From: Hyaloraphidium curvatum SAG 235-1 | Lineage: Eukaryota; Fungi; Monoblepharomycota | Direction of reading: 5' to 3' | Length of the DNA stretch: 64,000 nucleotides | Assembly (NCBI GenBank): GCA_025558095.1 | Contig: JAIVFI010000013.1 | Coordinates: 186,001 to 250,000, forward strand | Shown here: piece by piece, positions 12,365 through 23,914 of the stretch | How positions within the stretch are numbered: position 1 is the first letter of the stretch | Layout of the letters: every line of letters begins with the position of its first letter | Notes under the pieces: generated by a model | Databases searched by the model: none | Told to the model about the DNA's origin: nothing | The model's input: only the letters and a program-made list of their open reading frames with translations | Translations under genes and position numbers: made by a program

Positions 12365-14144
12365 CTCAGCAGCCGCGCTGCGAAGGCGCTCGCGCGGCGG
12401 GCGGCCGAGGCGCCCTCGCGCCGCGCCGCGACTTCCGAGCCGCGCGACTTCCGCGCCGGCCCGCGCTCCTCCGCGCTCCTGCGGGCCGTCCGCCCCGCCG
12501 GCTGTTCCGCACGGTGCGCGGACGTGCGCGTGGCCTGCGTGCCGTCGGCTCCGCAAGTGGCGGGCGGGTTGTGGGGGAGCGATGCGATTGGATTGGCGTT
12601 GCGGGTTCCGGACCTTCCAAAATGACCGGCGCGAGTGCCTTTCGCCCACCCCGCACTCCGCGCCGGCCTCCGCCCCGGCGAGGCACGGGCGAGCCAGCAG
12701 CGCAGTTCGGCCAGCCTGCCGATCACTCCATCCGCACGGCTCGACCGTGGGCCGTGGCCGCAGCGGGCGGTTCCGATCCCCATGGCGGCTGACGCTGGTC
12801 GTGGAGGTCAATTTCTCGATCCCCTCCCCCCCGATGGCAAGAGCCCCAGGCCCAACCGATCTATGGAGCACGTGCGTCATGGCTATCTCCGAAAAGAACG
12901 CTACTTTCTGGCAAGCTGGTGGAACCGGATCGACGGTGAAGCGTAGGGGATAGGAGGCGGCCTCGCCCGAAGTCTAGAACCGGTGAGCCTTGGAAGAACC
13001 CAAAGCGGCGAACTTCCGCTTCCCCCTCGCAAGTCGCTCTTTCCGACAGGCGTCTCGCTCCGATTCGTTAGTTACAGGTCCCGAAGCGCACCACCGTGCG
13101 GGTGCCGGACCCACCTGGCCGTGGCCGACCGCGCACTTTCCCTTCCCTTTAGCGCAACGCCGCCGGAAACCCCCTCCGATTACCCGGCCCCGCAAGGTTA
13201 TAGTCCTCGACCGTCCCCTACCGCACGTTTGGGCCGCATCCAAACAATCATATAGAATGCAGCCGCCGCGATCCTCACCCCGCTGGGTTGTGCCCTATGC
13301 GGGCGGGCGATCAAGGCGCCGCCGCCGCCGTCAACAAGCCCCGACGCATGGCCGGCCCCCATCTCACCTCGAAAACAGCTCCGCGATCCAGCCAGCACTC
13401 TGCCATTCTTGATATCCACCCCTAGCGTCCGCGGGAGACGCGGTCCCTCGGTGCTCTTCCGAGGGGACCGGTGGCAACATCCGCATCCCCGGATCCCCTT
13501 GCGGTCCCTCCACGCCATCCCGCGCCTCCGCTGCATCCGCAGGTACCGCGTCGCGACCCCGCCGTTCCTTTCGGAACTGCTGTCCGGCACAAAGCATCCG
13601 GCATGCCGGGCGGCGCGGCGCACGGCCGGCCGATCGAGTTCCCGCCGTCGGCGTTGCGCGCCCTCGCCTTGCCCCTAGACCGGCCATCCGAGGACCTTCC
13701 CGCGTCGCTGTTCGATCGGCTGGCCTCCCGACCGGGTTTTCCGCGTGCTTTCGTTGCCCCGGAGCGCGCGGGGCGGGCGGCATGCGGAGCACAGCCCGCG
13801 CGGCCCTCGCGTCCGTGCGGCCCGGTGCTACCCGACGGATGACCGGATGACGCAGACGGTAAGCTGGGAGGCGCTGGATTGAGAGCGGTGGCGCCGGATC
13901 GATGGAAGCCAGCTGGAGGCGGAGTAGCTGGGAGGAGGAGCTGGGAGGGACCGGTTTCGGAGTGCCATACTCGCAGGCACGAACTGCAGGGGGAGACGAC
14001 GAAGCGAACACCGGCTGCAGAAAGCAAATGGAAAAGCAACGCAGAAGATTATCGTCTTGCAGATGTTTCCAAGCAGGGGTTGGTTGAGTCGATCTCGGTC
14101 TCCACGGCGGGCGGGCTGCAACCGAGTCACACCAACGACCGCCG

Positions 14145-15401
14145 ATGAAACCGCATCCATGGCCGACGGCGGCCCTGGCGTTGCTCGGCCTGCTCGCCTG
14201 CCTCCGAGTTTACGTGCTGGAGGTGGAGCTGCGGGAGCTGAGGGCGACGTGCGAGGTTGCCGCGCGGACGGTGCCACGGGCGGCGGAGGGAGCTCCGGAC
14301 GCCGCAGGGACGCCCGTAAATGCCGCTGGAGGCCGCAGCCGGCCCGACGACGCGTCGGCTCGCGTTTCTGACCGCGATTCCGGCGAGAAACCGCGGGACG
14401 CCGCGACGAACCCCGCCTCGCCGGCTTCCCATCCTCCTCCCGCGCCACAGGACGCGAAAGGCTACGTTCCCCACGCCGATTCGCGCGTGTGCTCACCCCT
14501 CGCGAACCGGCGGCACCCCGGTCGCGGCGGGAAGCGCGTCGTCTCCTTCTCCCTCTTTGCCCTGCCCGGCGGCGGCGTGCTGCCCTTCCTCGTCGTCGGG
14601 ATCAGGAAGAACTACGACTTTGTCCGCCTGTGGTACCCCGGCTGGACCATGCGCGTTTACGCGGCGGGTGTCAACGAGACGGTCCTCGGGGAGTTCGAGC
14701 GCGCGCTCCCGGACGCCGAGTTCGTGCGGTGCCGGCGCAGCCCCGTCCCGCAGCGCGAGATGGAATACCGCTGGCTCCCGTACGACGACGCCGAGGTGGA
14801 GCGGTTCGTGGTGCGCGATCTGGACTCGCTCCCCGGGCCGCGGGAGGCGTTCGCGGTCGGCGAGTGGGAGGCGTCGCGGCTGCCGTTCCACGCCATGAGG
14901 GACCACGAGGCCCACGGGGTTCCGCTGGTGGGGTGCTGCTTCGGGATCGTCGCGGGCACGCTGGGGTTCGCGTCGATGGAGGGGTTCCTGGAGGGGGTAT
15001 GGGGGGAGTTCCCGAACGCGAAGCGGCCGTCGTGCTGCGGCGAGGACCAGGGGATATTGATGGATTTGCTGTGGCCCAAGATGCGGGACAGGACGCTCTC
15101 GCACGACTCGTCGGCGAAGCGGCGGCGCGCGGGGTGCTACGGGTCGCACATCTGCCGCGACTTTCCCATCACGGAAAGGACGGAGCGCGGCTACGTCGGC
15201 CTCGCGCTCAAGGACGCGTGGAGGATGGAGAGGGCGGAATGGGAGTGCTCGTGCGCGTGCGAGTTTGCCGAGGCCGGGCCGCAGCCGTCCGGGTACGAGC
15301 CCGGGCTCGAGCGGATCCTGCACGCTGACCTGCCGCCGGGCGACCCCGGGAGGGTGGATGAGGCGCGGCAGGATCGCCGCGGGAACGGAACGATTGGGTA
15401 G
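14145..15401 (+). CDS. Intronless type II membrane protein of an uncharacterised glycosyltransferase-like family
   Basis: N-terminal anchor ALALLGLLACLRVYVL, stem region, then RVVSFSLF, YPGWTMRVY, MEYRWLP, VRDLDS (DxD), FHAMRDHEAH and GEDQGIL. Confidence 0.7.
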   Translation: MKPHPWPTAALALLGLLACLRVYVLEVELRELRATCEVAARTVPRAAEGAPDAAGTPVNAAGGRSRPDDASARVSDRDSGEKPRDAATNPASPASHPPPAPQDAKGYVPHADSRVCSPLANRRHPGRGGKRVVSFSLFALPGGGVLPFLVVGIRKNYDFVRLWYPGWTMRVYAAGVNETVLGEFERALPDAEFVRCRRSPVPQREMEYRWLPYDDAEVERFVVRDLDSLPGPREAFAVGEWEASRLPFHAMRDHEAHGVPLVGCCFGIVAGTLGFASMEGFLEGVWGEFPNAKRPSCCGEDQGILMDLLWPKMRDRTLSHDSSAKRRRAGCYGSHICRDFPITERTERGYVGLALKDAWRMERAEWECSCACEFAEAGPQPSGYEPGLERILHADLPPGDPGRVDEARQDRRGNGTIG

Positions 15402-15715
15402 CCAGCATAACTACCGTCGAGGCTATCTTTTGCAACTCGGCCATGAAGATGACTTTACCCTATCTGCTGGTGCTCCGTGCGATCGAAGCTCTTTTTGAGC
15501 ATCTGCTGGCTTCGAACTGCACTGTACAGCACAAAACATTTCACCACGCGCCGACTGGTGGCATAAAGCTCCTTTTCGACGGGACCATGGTCACTCGGTC
15601 GCGGGTGCCGCGCCGACGCCTTCACACGACAACACCCCAAATCAAAGGCCTCCCCCGCCCCGCCTCCCGCGTGCGGCGTGCGCGCCGGTGTCCGTGCGCG
15701 CGGCGCTCCGCGGCC

Positions 15716-17617
15716 ATGGACCCGCGCGGGCCTCCCCCGCGGGGTGGGCCGCCCGACGAAGCAATGGGGCTGCCGCCGCCGCCCGGCCCGCTCCCCCCGC
15801 CCCCCGCGCTCTTCGGCTCGGTCCCCTTCGCGCCCGACGACCGCGCGCGGATCAAGCGCGCGCTCGGCATGCAGCTCGGCCCCGAGTTCGTCGCGTCGCG
15901 GCAGGGTCCCGGCGGCGCGAAGCTGTCGTACGTCGAGGGCTGGAAGGTCGTCAACCTCGCAAACGAGATCTTCGGGTTCGACGGGTGGAGCAGCCACATC
16001 GTCGGCACAACCGTGGACTACGTGGGACCGCCCGGAGCGCGTTCCGAGGCGCGGACGGCTGACGGGGGACGCGCCCACCAGTGCGAAGTCGACGCCCGCG
16101 GCATCTCGCTCGGCTGCTCCTGCACCGTGCGCGTGACCCTCAAGGACGGCACGTACCGCGAGGATGTCGGCTGGGGCTCCATCGCAAACGCCAAGGACAA
16201 GGGCCAGGCCTTTGAAAAGGTGCGCAAGGAGGCGGCGACGGACGCGCTCAAGCGCAGCCTCAAGAGCTTCGGCAACGCGCTGGGCAACTGCGTCTACGAC
16301 AAGGAGTACCTCAAGCAGATACCCAAGATCAAGATGGAGAACATGGCGGGTTGCTCAAACGTGCCGCGTGTGGCCGCCGTGTTCTGATCCCTCCCCGTTT
16401 AGGCCGGCCCGCTCGACCCCAACAACCTCCTCCGACCCTCGGACCTCCGCGAGTACGGCCAAACCGTGCGCACCGACGGCCTCGCCGGGCGGATCAGGAC
16501 CATGGAGGAGCAGTACGCCGCCGCGGCGCCCAAGAGCGCGCCGCCGAAGCAGGAGCCCGTGAAGCAGGAGCACGGGGCAGGGCCGGGGCCGGGACCCGCG
16601 GAGCAGGCGAGGACGGCGCCGCCGCCGCAGGAGGATTACGGTGGGCTTCCAACCCAAGTGCGTGTTGGGAGCCCCCGTGCTGACGCAGACACAGAAATGG
16701 ACGACGAGGACATCATCGCCGGCGATCTGGAGTCGGTCGACCCCGCGCTGCTGGCCGCCGACGCCGAACGCAAGGCCAAGGAGCGACAGGCCAAAGCGCA
16801 GGCGATGCAGAGGGAGTGGATGGCCAAGAACGGGAGCAAGGGCGGGATGGCGGGTGCGCCGGGGCCGGGGACGCCGGGGCAGCACGGGTGGCAGGGCCAG
16901 GGGGCGCACGGGCCGCCGCAGCCGGGACCGCAGGGGCACCCCGCGGGCCAGCCGATGCAGCATCCGGGATTTGGCCACCCGTTGCCGGGCCAGGGCGCTC
17001 CCGGGCCCGGGCCGGGGCCGCTCGGGCAGGCCGTGCCGCAGATGCACGCCGCACCGCCAATCCAGCACGCGCCGGTTGCACCCCTGCAAGCGGCTCCTCC
17101 TCAGCACATGCCGATGCCCATGCAGCACCCGCAGGCGCTGCAGGCTCCCGCGCCGCAGCAGCCTCCCCAGGCGCCGATCGCACCCCAACTGCCGATCGCG
17201 CACCCCGCTCCCGCACCCCAACCCGCCAACCCGATCTCCAATCCGAGCAGCAACGAAGCCCCGCCGCCGCAAGGCCCGCAACCCCCCCGCCCGGCCTCCG
17301 ATCCCGCCCTCCCGCCCCCCCTCCCCGGCGACCCCGAGAACCTAGCCACACCGCCCGCGATCCCCTTCGCCTCCGGCGCCCCCCCGCCCGGCTTCGAACC
17401 GCGCTTTGCCCCCGCGGCCGCCCTCGTCCGCACCGACTCTCCCGCGACCCCCTCGCGCGGCCGGGGGCGCCAGAGGCCGGGGCAGGCGCCGTTCCGCGTG
17501 CCGGCGGCCGCGGACACCGCGAGGCCGTTCGGCGCGCCGGGGCCGATGCAGGGGCTTTCGCCGGGCAGGATGGCGCCGGCGGGGACCAAGAGGGGGTTCG
17601 ACGAGGTGACTGGGTGA
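15716..17617 (+). CDS. RAD52: DNA repair and recombination protein Rad52
   Basis: LGPEFVASRQGPGGAKLSYVEGWKVVNLANEIFGFDGWSS, RVTLKDGTYREDVGWG, KEAATDALKRSLKSFGNALGNCVYDK; acidic EDYEMDDED and FAPA (FxxA) in the C-terminus. Confidence 0.96.
16346..16402 (+). other. Probable GC-AG intron (57 nt) in RAD52
   Basis: ATG|gcgggt...ctgat..tttag|GCC; GCGGGT mirrors the common GTGGGT donor here, while the GT alternative gives only 42 nt. Confidence 0.55.
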
Positions 17618-17852
17618 GATAAGGGAGGCGTGGGAGGCATCTCGGCTCCGGGAGGGAGGATGACCCGCGATACCACGATCGATACTGTAGCGTAGGCTTT
17701 TACTCTTTGATGATCACTACGTCGGCTGATCCCCGCTTTCCCGGCGCATTTCTGGATTTGGAGCGGTGTTTGGCTTGGCTCAGCCTCCCGGAGATCCCGC
17801 CGTGACGCCCCTCTCTGACTCCGCCCTCTCTGGCCACCAGGCTCCCTCCGCC

Positions 17853-19165
17853 ATGCAGGCCGCGCAGAGTTCGACGTCGCACGAGGCTCTTTTCGAGCCG
17901 CGGTGGGCGTTTGAGGGACACGCCATCGCCTTCCCGGCCGCCCCGCCGCCGTTTCTTGCGGGGCGCACTCCCGGCGATGCCGCGTTCGACCCGGCGAGGC
18001 ACCTCGCCTACGTGCCGCCGAAGCACGTCTACGACTACAGGCACGTTGACGCGCCGCCCGGCGCCCGCCCGGCCCGCGGAGCACGGAATAACACGGCGCA
18101 GGTTCCGCCCGCACGAGCTGGCCACCCTGGACCGCGCAAATTTCTGCGGCCTCGGCATGACAGAGCCGTTCCAGCTGCTGAGCAAGGAGGGCGTAGAGGT
18201 GGCGCGCGGCATCGTGGAGGCGAACAAGTGGAACAGGGCGCTCAAGAGCGAGCTGCCGGGCAGGCAGCCCTTCCGCCTCCGCGGGCTGGGCTGTGGGTGT
18301 CCCGGGCCGAGCTAGGGGAACGATCTCACAGCGGTCTTTGGCAGACATGTCCAGCTTCATCCGTGAGCTCAACCGCTCCGAGGCCGTCGACGCCATCGTC
18401 TCCTCCTTCGCCGGCGAGCCCGTCGTCGCCCACTCCATGCCCAGCAACTACTCGCACGTCAACATCGGCGAGCCCAACTCGGGCCTGCCCGTGGACAGGT
18501 GGCACCTCGACTCGGTCGACTACGTCCTGATCGTGCTGCTGTCGGACCCCGAGGGCATGGAGGGCGGCGAGCTGCAGGTCGTGGCCAACCACGAGCCCGC
18601 AGAGGCGCTGAAGCTGCTGGAGAACCACGGCGGCCACCCGCCCGCCGAGTTCGTGCGGACGGTCAAGATCCCCGCGGCGGGCTGGGCGGTCATGATGCAG
18701 GGGAGCAAGATCGCGCACCACGTGACCGAGGTGACCAAGGGCAACGAGCGCATCTCCATGGTCAACAGCTACATGCTGCGCGACATCTACAAGTCCGAGG
18801 ACCGCACCAAGCTCGGCACCTTCATCGGCCGCGACTCGCACATCGACGACATGTCGACCGTCGAGTTTGCGCGACACCGCGCCTGGCGCGTGGGCCAGCT
18901 CATGGACTACATCGTGCAGGGGGCGAAATTCGGCAACCTTCCAGAGACCAAGGATGAGGTGGGCTCGAAAGTCTCCGATGTGCATCCGTTTGTGGCTCAA
19001 CCCGCCTTGCAGATCCTGAAGGTGCTCAAAATCGCGGAGCAGGAGCTCCAGCAGGCCTACTCGCTCGTCAAGGGCGACGTCTCGGACGCTTTCCAGTACC
19101 GCTTCGACGAGACGAAGAAGGACGCGAAACCGGCCGCGGCGGACCAGATGCACGCGCGCATGTGA
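17853..19165 (+). CDS. Fe(II)/2-oxoglutarate dioxygenase-domain protein of unknown substrate; PTS1-like C-terminus (-ARM)
   Basis: VDRWHLDSVDYVLIVLLSD (HxD), EGGEL, IAHHVTEV..ERISMV (distal H, RxS); first intron is GC-AG (18041-18101). Confidence 0.8.
18041..18101 (+). other. Probable GC-AG intron (61 nt) in the Fe/2OG dioxygenase gene
   Basis: CAG|gcacgt...cgcag|G joins two otherwise frameshifted coding segments (YDYR-FRPHEL). Confidence 0.7.
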
Positions 19166-19313
19166 AGAGCGCGGTGATCGGAACTCGCTTGCACAGAGGG
19201 CGGGGAGGGGTCGGGGCGTTCGTGCGGGCTCTTTGTTTGCAGCTGGGAGGGTATACCAACTCTGCGACTGTACATTCTATCTGTCTATGTGTAATGGAGG
19301 CATTCAAACGCAG

Positions 19314-20816
19314 TCAAGTCGCCTTGAGAGAGCCATCCACGCGCTCGGCCCCGTGCTCGGCCTCCGTGGGCGCAGCTGGCCCCGCAGGAACGCTCTCCAT
19401 GGCGACATCCTGCCCTCCAGCGACCTCCACCTCGTCCAACGCGGCCTTCCCCTCGAGCAGCCCCTTCTCCGTGTCCGCCAATGCTGGCGGCGGATCCCCG
19501 CGCCTCTTCCACGCCCTGAGGAAGGGCACGATCAGCGCGCCGACCAGCAGCTGCGCCGCGTGGTAGATGAGCAAGGGAGCGGCGTACAGCCCGGCGTTGG
19601 GGTCGCTGCCCCAGATGATGTTGATGAGCGGGATGCCGAGGGCGATTGTCTTTGTCGCGCCGACGAACATCGTGGCGATTGCATCGGCCCGCGCAAAGGG
19701 CAAGAGGAGCTTCCGGAGGACGTAGAAGCTGCCAAACACGACGGCGGCGGAGAAGCCGACGTAGAGGCCCACGTCCACGGCGACGACGACAAAGATCTCC
19801 CACGCGGCCATGGAGAGGTTGGCCGCGAACGTGTCGCAAAAGGTGCTCCAGACCATGAGCAGGATCATGCAGTTGTTGAAGTTGCTGATGTTGACGTACG
19901 TTTGCAGCCACGGCGGGAACTTGGGGAAGAAGAAGCGCACGGCCTGGCCCAGGATCAGGGGGATCAGCACCGTGATGGAGAGGTCCAGGAAGAGCTTCGA
20001 GTAGGGCGGGGGCGCAGAAACGTGGACAAAGCCGAGAATGAGCATCGGGCTCACGAATATGCCGATGATGTTGCCCAGTACGGCTCCGACCACGGCCGCG
20101 GCGTCATTCCCGTCAGCCTGTTTGGTCATGACGACGTTCGAGGAGACGGTGGTTGGCATGCTCGCTGCAACGATGATCCCGCTAGCCAAAGCCGGGTTGA
20201 GCGGGGTCAGCAGCAGCGCGCTGCCGATTCCCCAGCCGACGAGCGGTATAAACCCCAGCGAAATCGCCAGCGTAAGGAGCTGAGGTTTCCACATCAGGAG
20301 CGCGCTGCCCAGGACCTGGGACTTGAGCGTCAGGCCCGTGAGGAGGAAGATGAGGATCACGGCGCAGTATTTGACCACGTATTGGGCCTGGAGGTATCCG
20401 TTCTTCTTGCCCAGGTCCGGCCAAGCGGCCGCGAGTCCGATTGCGAGGCCGAGGCCGAGGAGGAACCAGTACTTGGCGAGGAAGGAGCGCACGGCCCGCC
20501 ATGCCTTCCTCCAGCCCGTCGGCGGTGCCTCTTCCGCCGCTGGGATTTCGCCGCCGTCCTTTCTGGGGCCCGCCTCGTCCTCGATGTCGGTCTCCAGGTC
20601 CAAAGGAGCGGTGTCGGGCTTCCCGACCTCCACGACATGGGCATTGTCCGCAGCGGGCAGAAGCGGTTCATCTTTCGTCGCTTCGGAAGAAATTGTCCCC
20701 AAGTCGCCGTCCGTCCGGGAGTGCTCCATGCTATCGCGATGCTCGGGCGTGCTTTGCTCTCCACACTCCCCAGAGCCCGAGCTCAAAACCAAGGCGGAAG
20801 CGCTTTGCCGAGACAT
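19314..20816 (-). CDS. SBF-like sodium/bile-acid cotransporter (SLC10A7/Rch1 family), intronless; start could be 20729
   Basis: YWFLLGLGLAIGLA, IFLLTGLTL, MPTTVSSNVVMTKQADGN, TKTIALGIPLI, PLLIYHAAQLL. Confidence 0.9.
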   Translation of the reverse strand: MSRQSASALVLSSGSGECGEQSTPEHRDSMEHSRTDGDLGTISSEATKDEPLLPAADNAHVVEVGKPDTAPLDLETDIEDEAGPRKDGGEIPAAEEAPPTGWRKAWRAVRSFLAKYWFLLGLGLAIGLAAAWPDLGKKNGYLQAQYVVKYCAVILIFLLTGLTLKSQVLGSALLMWKPQLLTLAISLGFIPLVGWGIGSALLLTPLNPALASGIIVAASMPTTVSSNVVMTKQADGNDAAAVVGAVLGNIIGIFVSPMLILGFVHVSAPPPYSKLFLDLSITVLIPLILGQAVRFFFPKFPPWLQTYVNISNFNNCMILLMVWSTFCDTFAANLSMAAWEIFVVVAVDVGLYVGFSAAVVFGSFYVLRKLLLPFARADAIATMFVGATKTIALGIPLINIIWGSDPNAGLYAAPLLIYHAAQLLVGALIVPFLRAWKRRGDPPPALADTEKGLLEGKAALDEVEVAGGQDVAMESVPAGPAAPTEAEHGAERVDGSLKAT

Positions 20817-20936
20817 GCCATGGACCTTACATCCGGAGGCTCACGAAAGCGGCTTCCGGGGCCGGCCGGTGGCACGGCATGTCGCCATGCCATTTCGCGC
20901 AATGTTTATCGCGCGGCGTCGCTGTTCATCGACCCA

Positions 20937-21902
20937 ATGTCTCCCGCGGCTGCCCGCAAGATGGGCGAGGAAACGCTGGCCCTGGTGACGGAACACATCC
21001 TGAAGATGCTCCGGATCGTGCCGGACCCGCTTCCCTCCGGGATCGCGCGCAGGCCGCCGCACCGGAGGCGTCCGCTGTTCGTCTGCCTTTCCGGACCGCA
21101 GGGGTCCGGCAAGAGCACGTTGAACTCCAATTTGGAGCGTGCGCTGGCCGAAAAGGACATTAAAGTCGCCGTGACGGGCTTGGACGACGTGTATCTGTCG
21201 TTCCGGGACCAGGAAGCTCTGCGGACAACTCACCCGGACAACACGCTCTGGCAGGGCAGAGGTGTCGCCGGGACGCACGATATCGCCTTGGGGACCAACA
21301 TGTTCGATGAGCTGGAAGAAGCACAGAGGACTTGGTACGATTCGGGGGGCACGAGCCCTTCGCGACCCGTCCTGCTTCCGCGCTACAACAAGAACGCGAA
21401 TGGCGGCCGCGGCGATCGACTGCCAGAATCCGATTGGCCTGCCGTTTCCGCCCCCGTGGACGTCGTCATTTTCGAAGGCTGGATGAACGGGTTCCGTGCC
21501 CTCCCGGAGAAATCGGTCGAGGAGCAGTACCGATCGGGGAAAGCGCACTACATCGTGCAGCACAAGCTGGAGCACGTGTTGGAGATGAACTCTGCGCTGC
21601 GGCGCTACGAAAGCGAATGGTGGACGCGGTTCGATTGCTGTATCCACCTGAGGGCGGTAGATTATCGATTCAGCTACGAGTGGCGGTGGGAGGCGGAGCA
21701 GAAGGCGAAGGGGCCGCTCACGCGCGAGCAGGTGGAAAAGTTCGTGGACAGGTTCATGCCGATGAACGAGCTGTACATGGCCGAACTTGCGGAGCGGGGC
21801 ATGTTCGGATCGGACCCACGGATTGCAGAGGCCATGAAAGACAGGCATCTCCAGGTCTCCATAGACATTGAGCGACGACTGGTCGGCCACAGGGTCATAT
21901 GA
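20937..21902 (+). CDS. Tda10-like P-loop kinase (D-glycerate 3-kinase family), intronless
   Basis: LFVCLSGPQGSGKST, GLDDVYL, GRGVAGTHD, LPRYNK..GRGDR, VVIFEGWMNGF, WRWEAE, FVDRFMP. Confidence 0.88.
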   Translation: MSPAAARKMGEETLALVTEHILKMLRIVPDPLPSGIARRPPHRRRPLFVCLSGPQGSGKSTLNSNLERALAEKDIKVAVTGLDDVYLSFRDQEALRTTHPDNTLWQGRGVAGTHDIALGTNMFDELEEAQRTWYDSGGTSPSRPVLLPRYNKNANGGRGDRLPESDWPAVSAPVDVVIFEGWMNGFRALPEKSVEEQYRSGKAHYIVQHKLEHVLEMNSALRRYESEWWTRFDCCIHLRAVDYRFSYEWRWEAEQKAKGPLTREQVEKFVDRFMPMNELYMAELAERGMFGSDPRIAEAMKDRHLQVSIDIERRLVGHRVI

Positions 21903-21946
21903 TTCAATACAGCGATATGGGTATCTGGTATCGCCGGGTCAAGAAA

Positions 21947-23330
21947 TCACGTTGATTGAAGAAGGTCCCCGGCGGCGTTGACCGCGCCTCTGGGATCATC
22001 GCGCCAGTAGGTGAAGTGGCCCTGCAGCTGGGCCGTGCTGATTTGCAATCCCCTGCACTTCGTCACAAACTCGTCCGCCAGCACGTTCGTGTCCAGTTTC
22101 CCGTCGGGGTCCGTCGGGTAGAAGCGCAGGAACATGCCCCGGATCTGTGCCGCCGTCGCGTGGCCAAACTCCTGCCTCACATCGGCTCGACCGGGACGGA
22201 TCAGTGCGGGATCCAAAAGATCGACGTGGTTCGTGGTCATGAACACCAGCCGCTCTTCTGCGGCAGCAACACCGTCGAGAGCGTTCAGGAGGCCCGAAAA
22301 GGTGACCGTCGACGTGAAGCTGGCAAAGGAGACAATGAGGATGGCTTTTTGACATGGCACTTCCAACCCACCCCTGCTTCTCGTTGGGATCCCGGCGCAC
22401 AAAGGCAGCATCGATGTCCTCAAGGAGAATGATGCTCCGCGGCGGCGCGTGGCTCAGCAGGTGATTCAACCGATCGTCGGTGAGGCCGCGTTCGGACAAG
22501 TTGAGCAGGCAGATGTTGAACTGCAGCTCACCCGCCAAGGCTTGGATGAAGGACGACTTGCCCGAGCCGGGCACACCATAGAAGAGATACCTATTCCGAG
22601 CCGTCAATAGTGCTGACCGGATCACCGCAATCCACACTTACCCTCTTCGATAGGGGATGCCACGGTCCGCGTACCATTTGCCGTTGCCGATAAAGTCCTT
22701 CACGTCCTTGAGGATCTTCTCGCTGATCCCCTCGTCCAAGACCACAGACTGGATCGGCCGACGCTTCCGTGGCTGCCCAAACGGCCTCCATTCAGGTCCG
22801 TAGCTGGTGTAGATCACCGTTTTGCCCTCCTCCTTCGTGAGGGCCAGGGCTTTCGCGTCCTGGAGCATCTCGGCAAAGAGATGCCGGTCCATGGTCAGGG
22901 TCGTCAGCGTCACGGTCTCCCACGGCGTGCCGGACGTGAGGTCCAGCATCTGCCTCTCTCGCGTCCGTTCCATCGCGAACCATGCCGATCTGTATTTGAA
23001 GAAGTGGCGCCCAGGTCCCGGCACGAGCTCGAACCGAGCTGAGGTGGCCCCGTTATCGTGCTTCACTACCGACGTTTCCACGCTAAGGGCCGGATTGAAC
23101 ATCCGCTTCATGGCCCCTTTCCGCTGATTCGAAGCCATCCATTGGAGGAACCACGAGTAGGATTTGTCGTTCGACGGAATCTCCAGCGTGGTGAACAGTC
23201 GCTGCCTCGCGAGACCCGAGGCCTGTACCAGACCCTGCCGCAATACTGCCAGGCCGGCGGTGATCCCAATGAGGCCGGCACCGCCCGCGAAGTACGGGTT
23301 CGACGCCATGAGGTCGTTCAGGAAGCTCAT
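21947..23330 (-). CDS. BCS1: Mitochondrial AAA chaperone Bcs1
   Basis: [79 protein letters not shown]. Confidence 0.97.
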
Positions 23331-23914
23331 CGTCGTCCAACGGCCTCCGATCGCGCAAATGCAGCTTCAAGCCAGCTCTGCTATTGTGATCCGGTCCCAA
23401 AATGGGACGTGGAAGGGCTGCTCCTGGCGCAACGTAGCGGGACGCGTTGTTTGGTTGTGCCGGATCGCGCGGGAGGAGCTGCCGGGCCGATCACGTGCCG
23501 GGAATCTTGCAGTGTCTTGCTCCCTGGCCTGTTAGCAGCAGGCGCTATCGCTTCCAGCAAAGTGTCTTGGACCGCCGAAGCCAGCGCTTCAGATTCGCCG
23601 GGCCCGTCGCCAGCTGTGCGTCTCGCCGGGTTCTCGGTAGTCACCTCCAGCTCACCCGGAGATATCTTCCGTTCTCCCGGTTCCCAAACGGCATTGGCCT
23701 TCTCTTTGTTACCTGCTGTCGGCACGCACTGTGCCTGTTTCATTCCGACATATCTGCTGGAAATCTTCCTTGCTTCGCGAGGAAAGCAGGCGGACCGGAA
23801 CAACTTGAAGCCGAGGCTTCTGCTTAACGTTTCGCGGAGTGCAAGGTGGACTGGAACGCGCCTCGCAGCCACGGATGATGCTGAATATTGGATTTGCACG
23901 ATATTCGGCCACAG

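Noticed and set aside
19233-21902. 889-aa ORF suggesting a large kinase fusion
   Set aside because: The first approximately 570 codons are the antisense of the SBF transporter plus the intergenic spacer; only the part from ATG 20937 is Tda10-like
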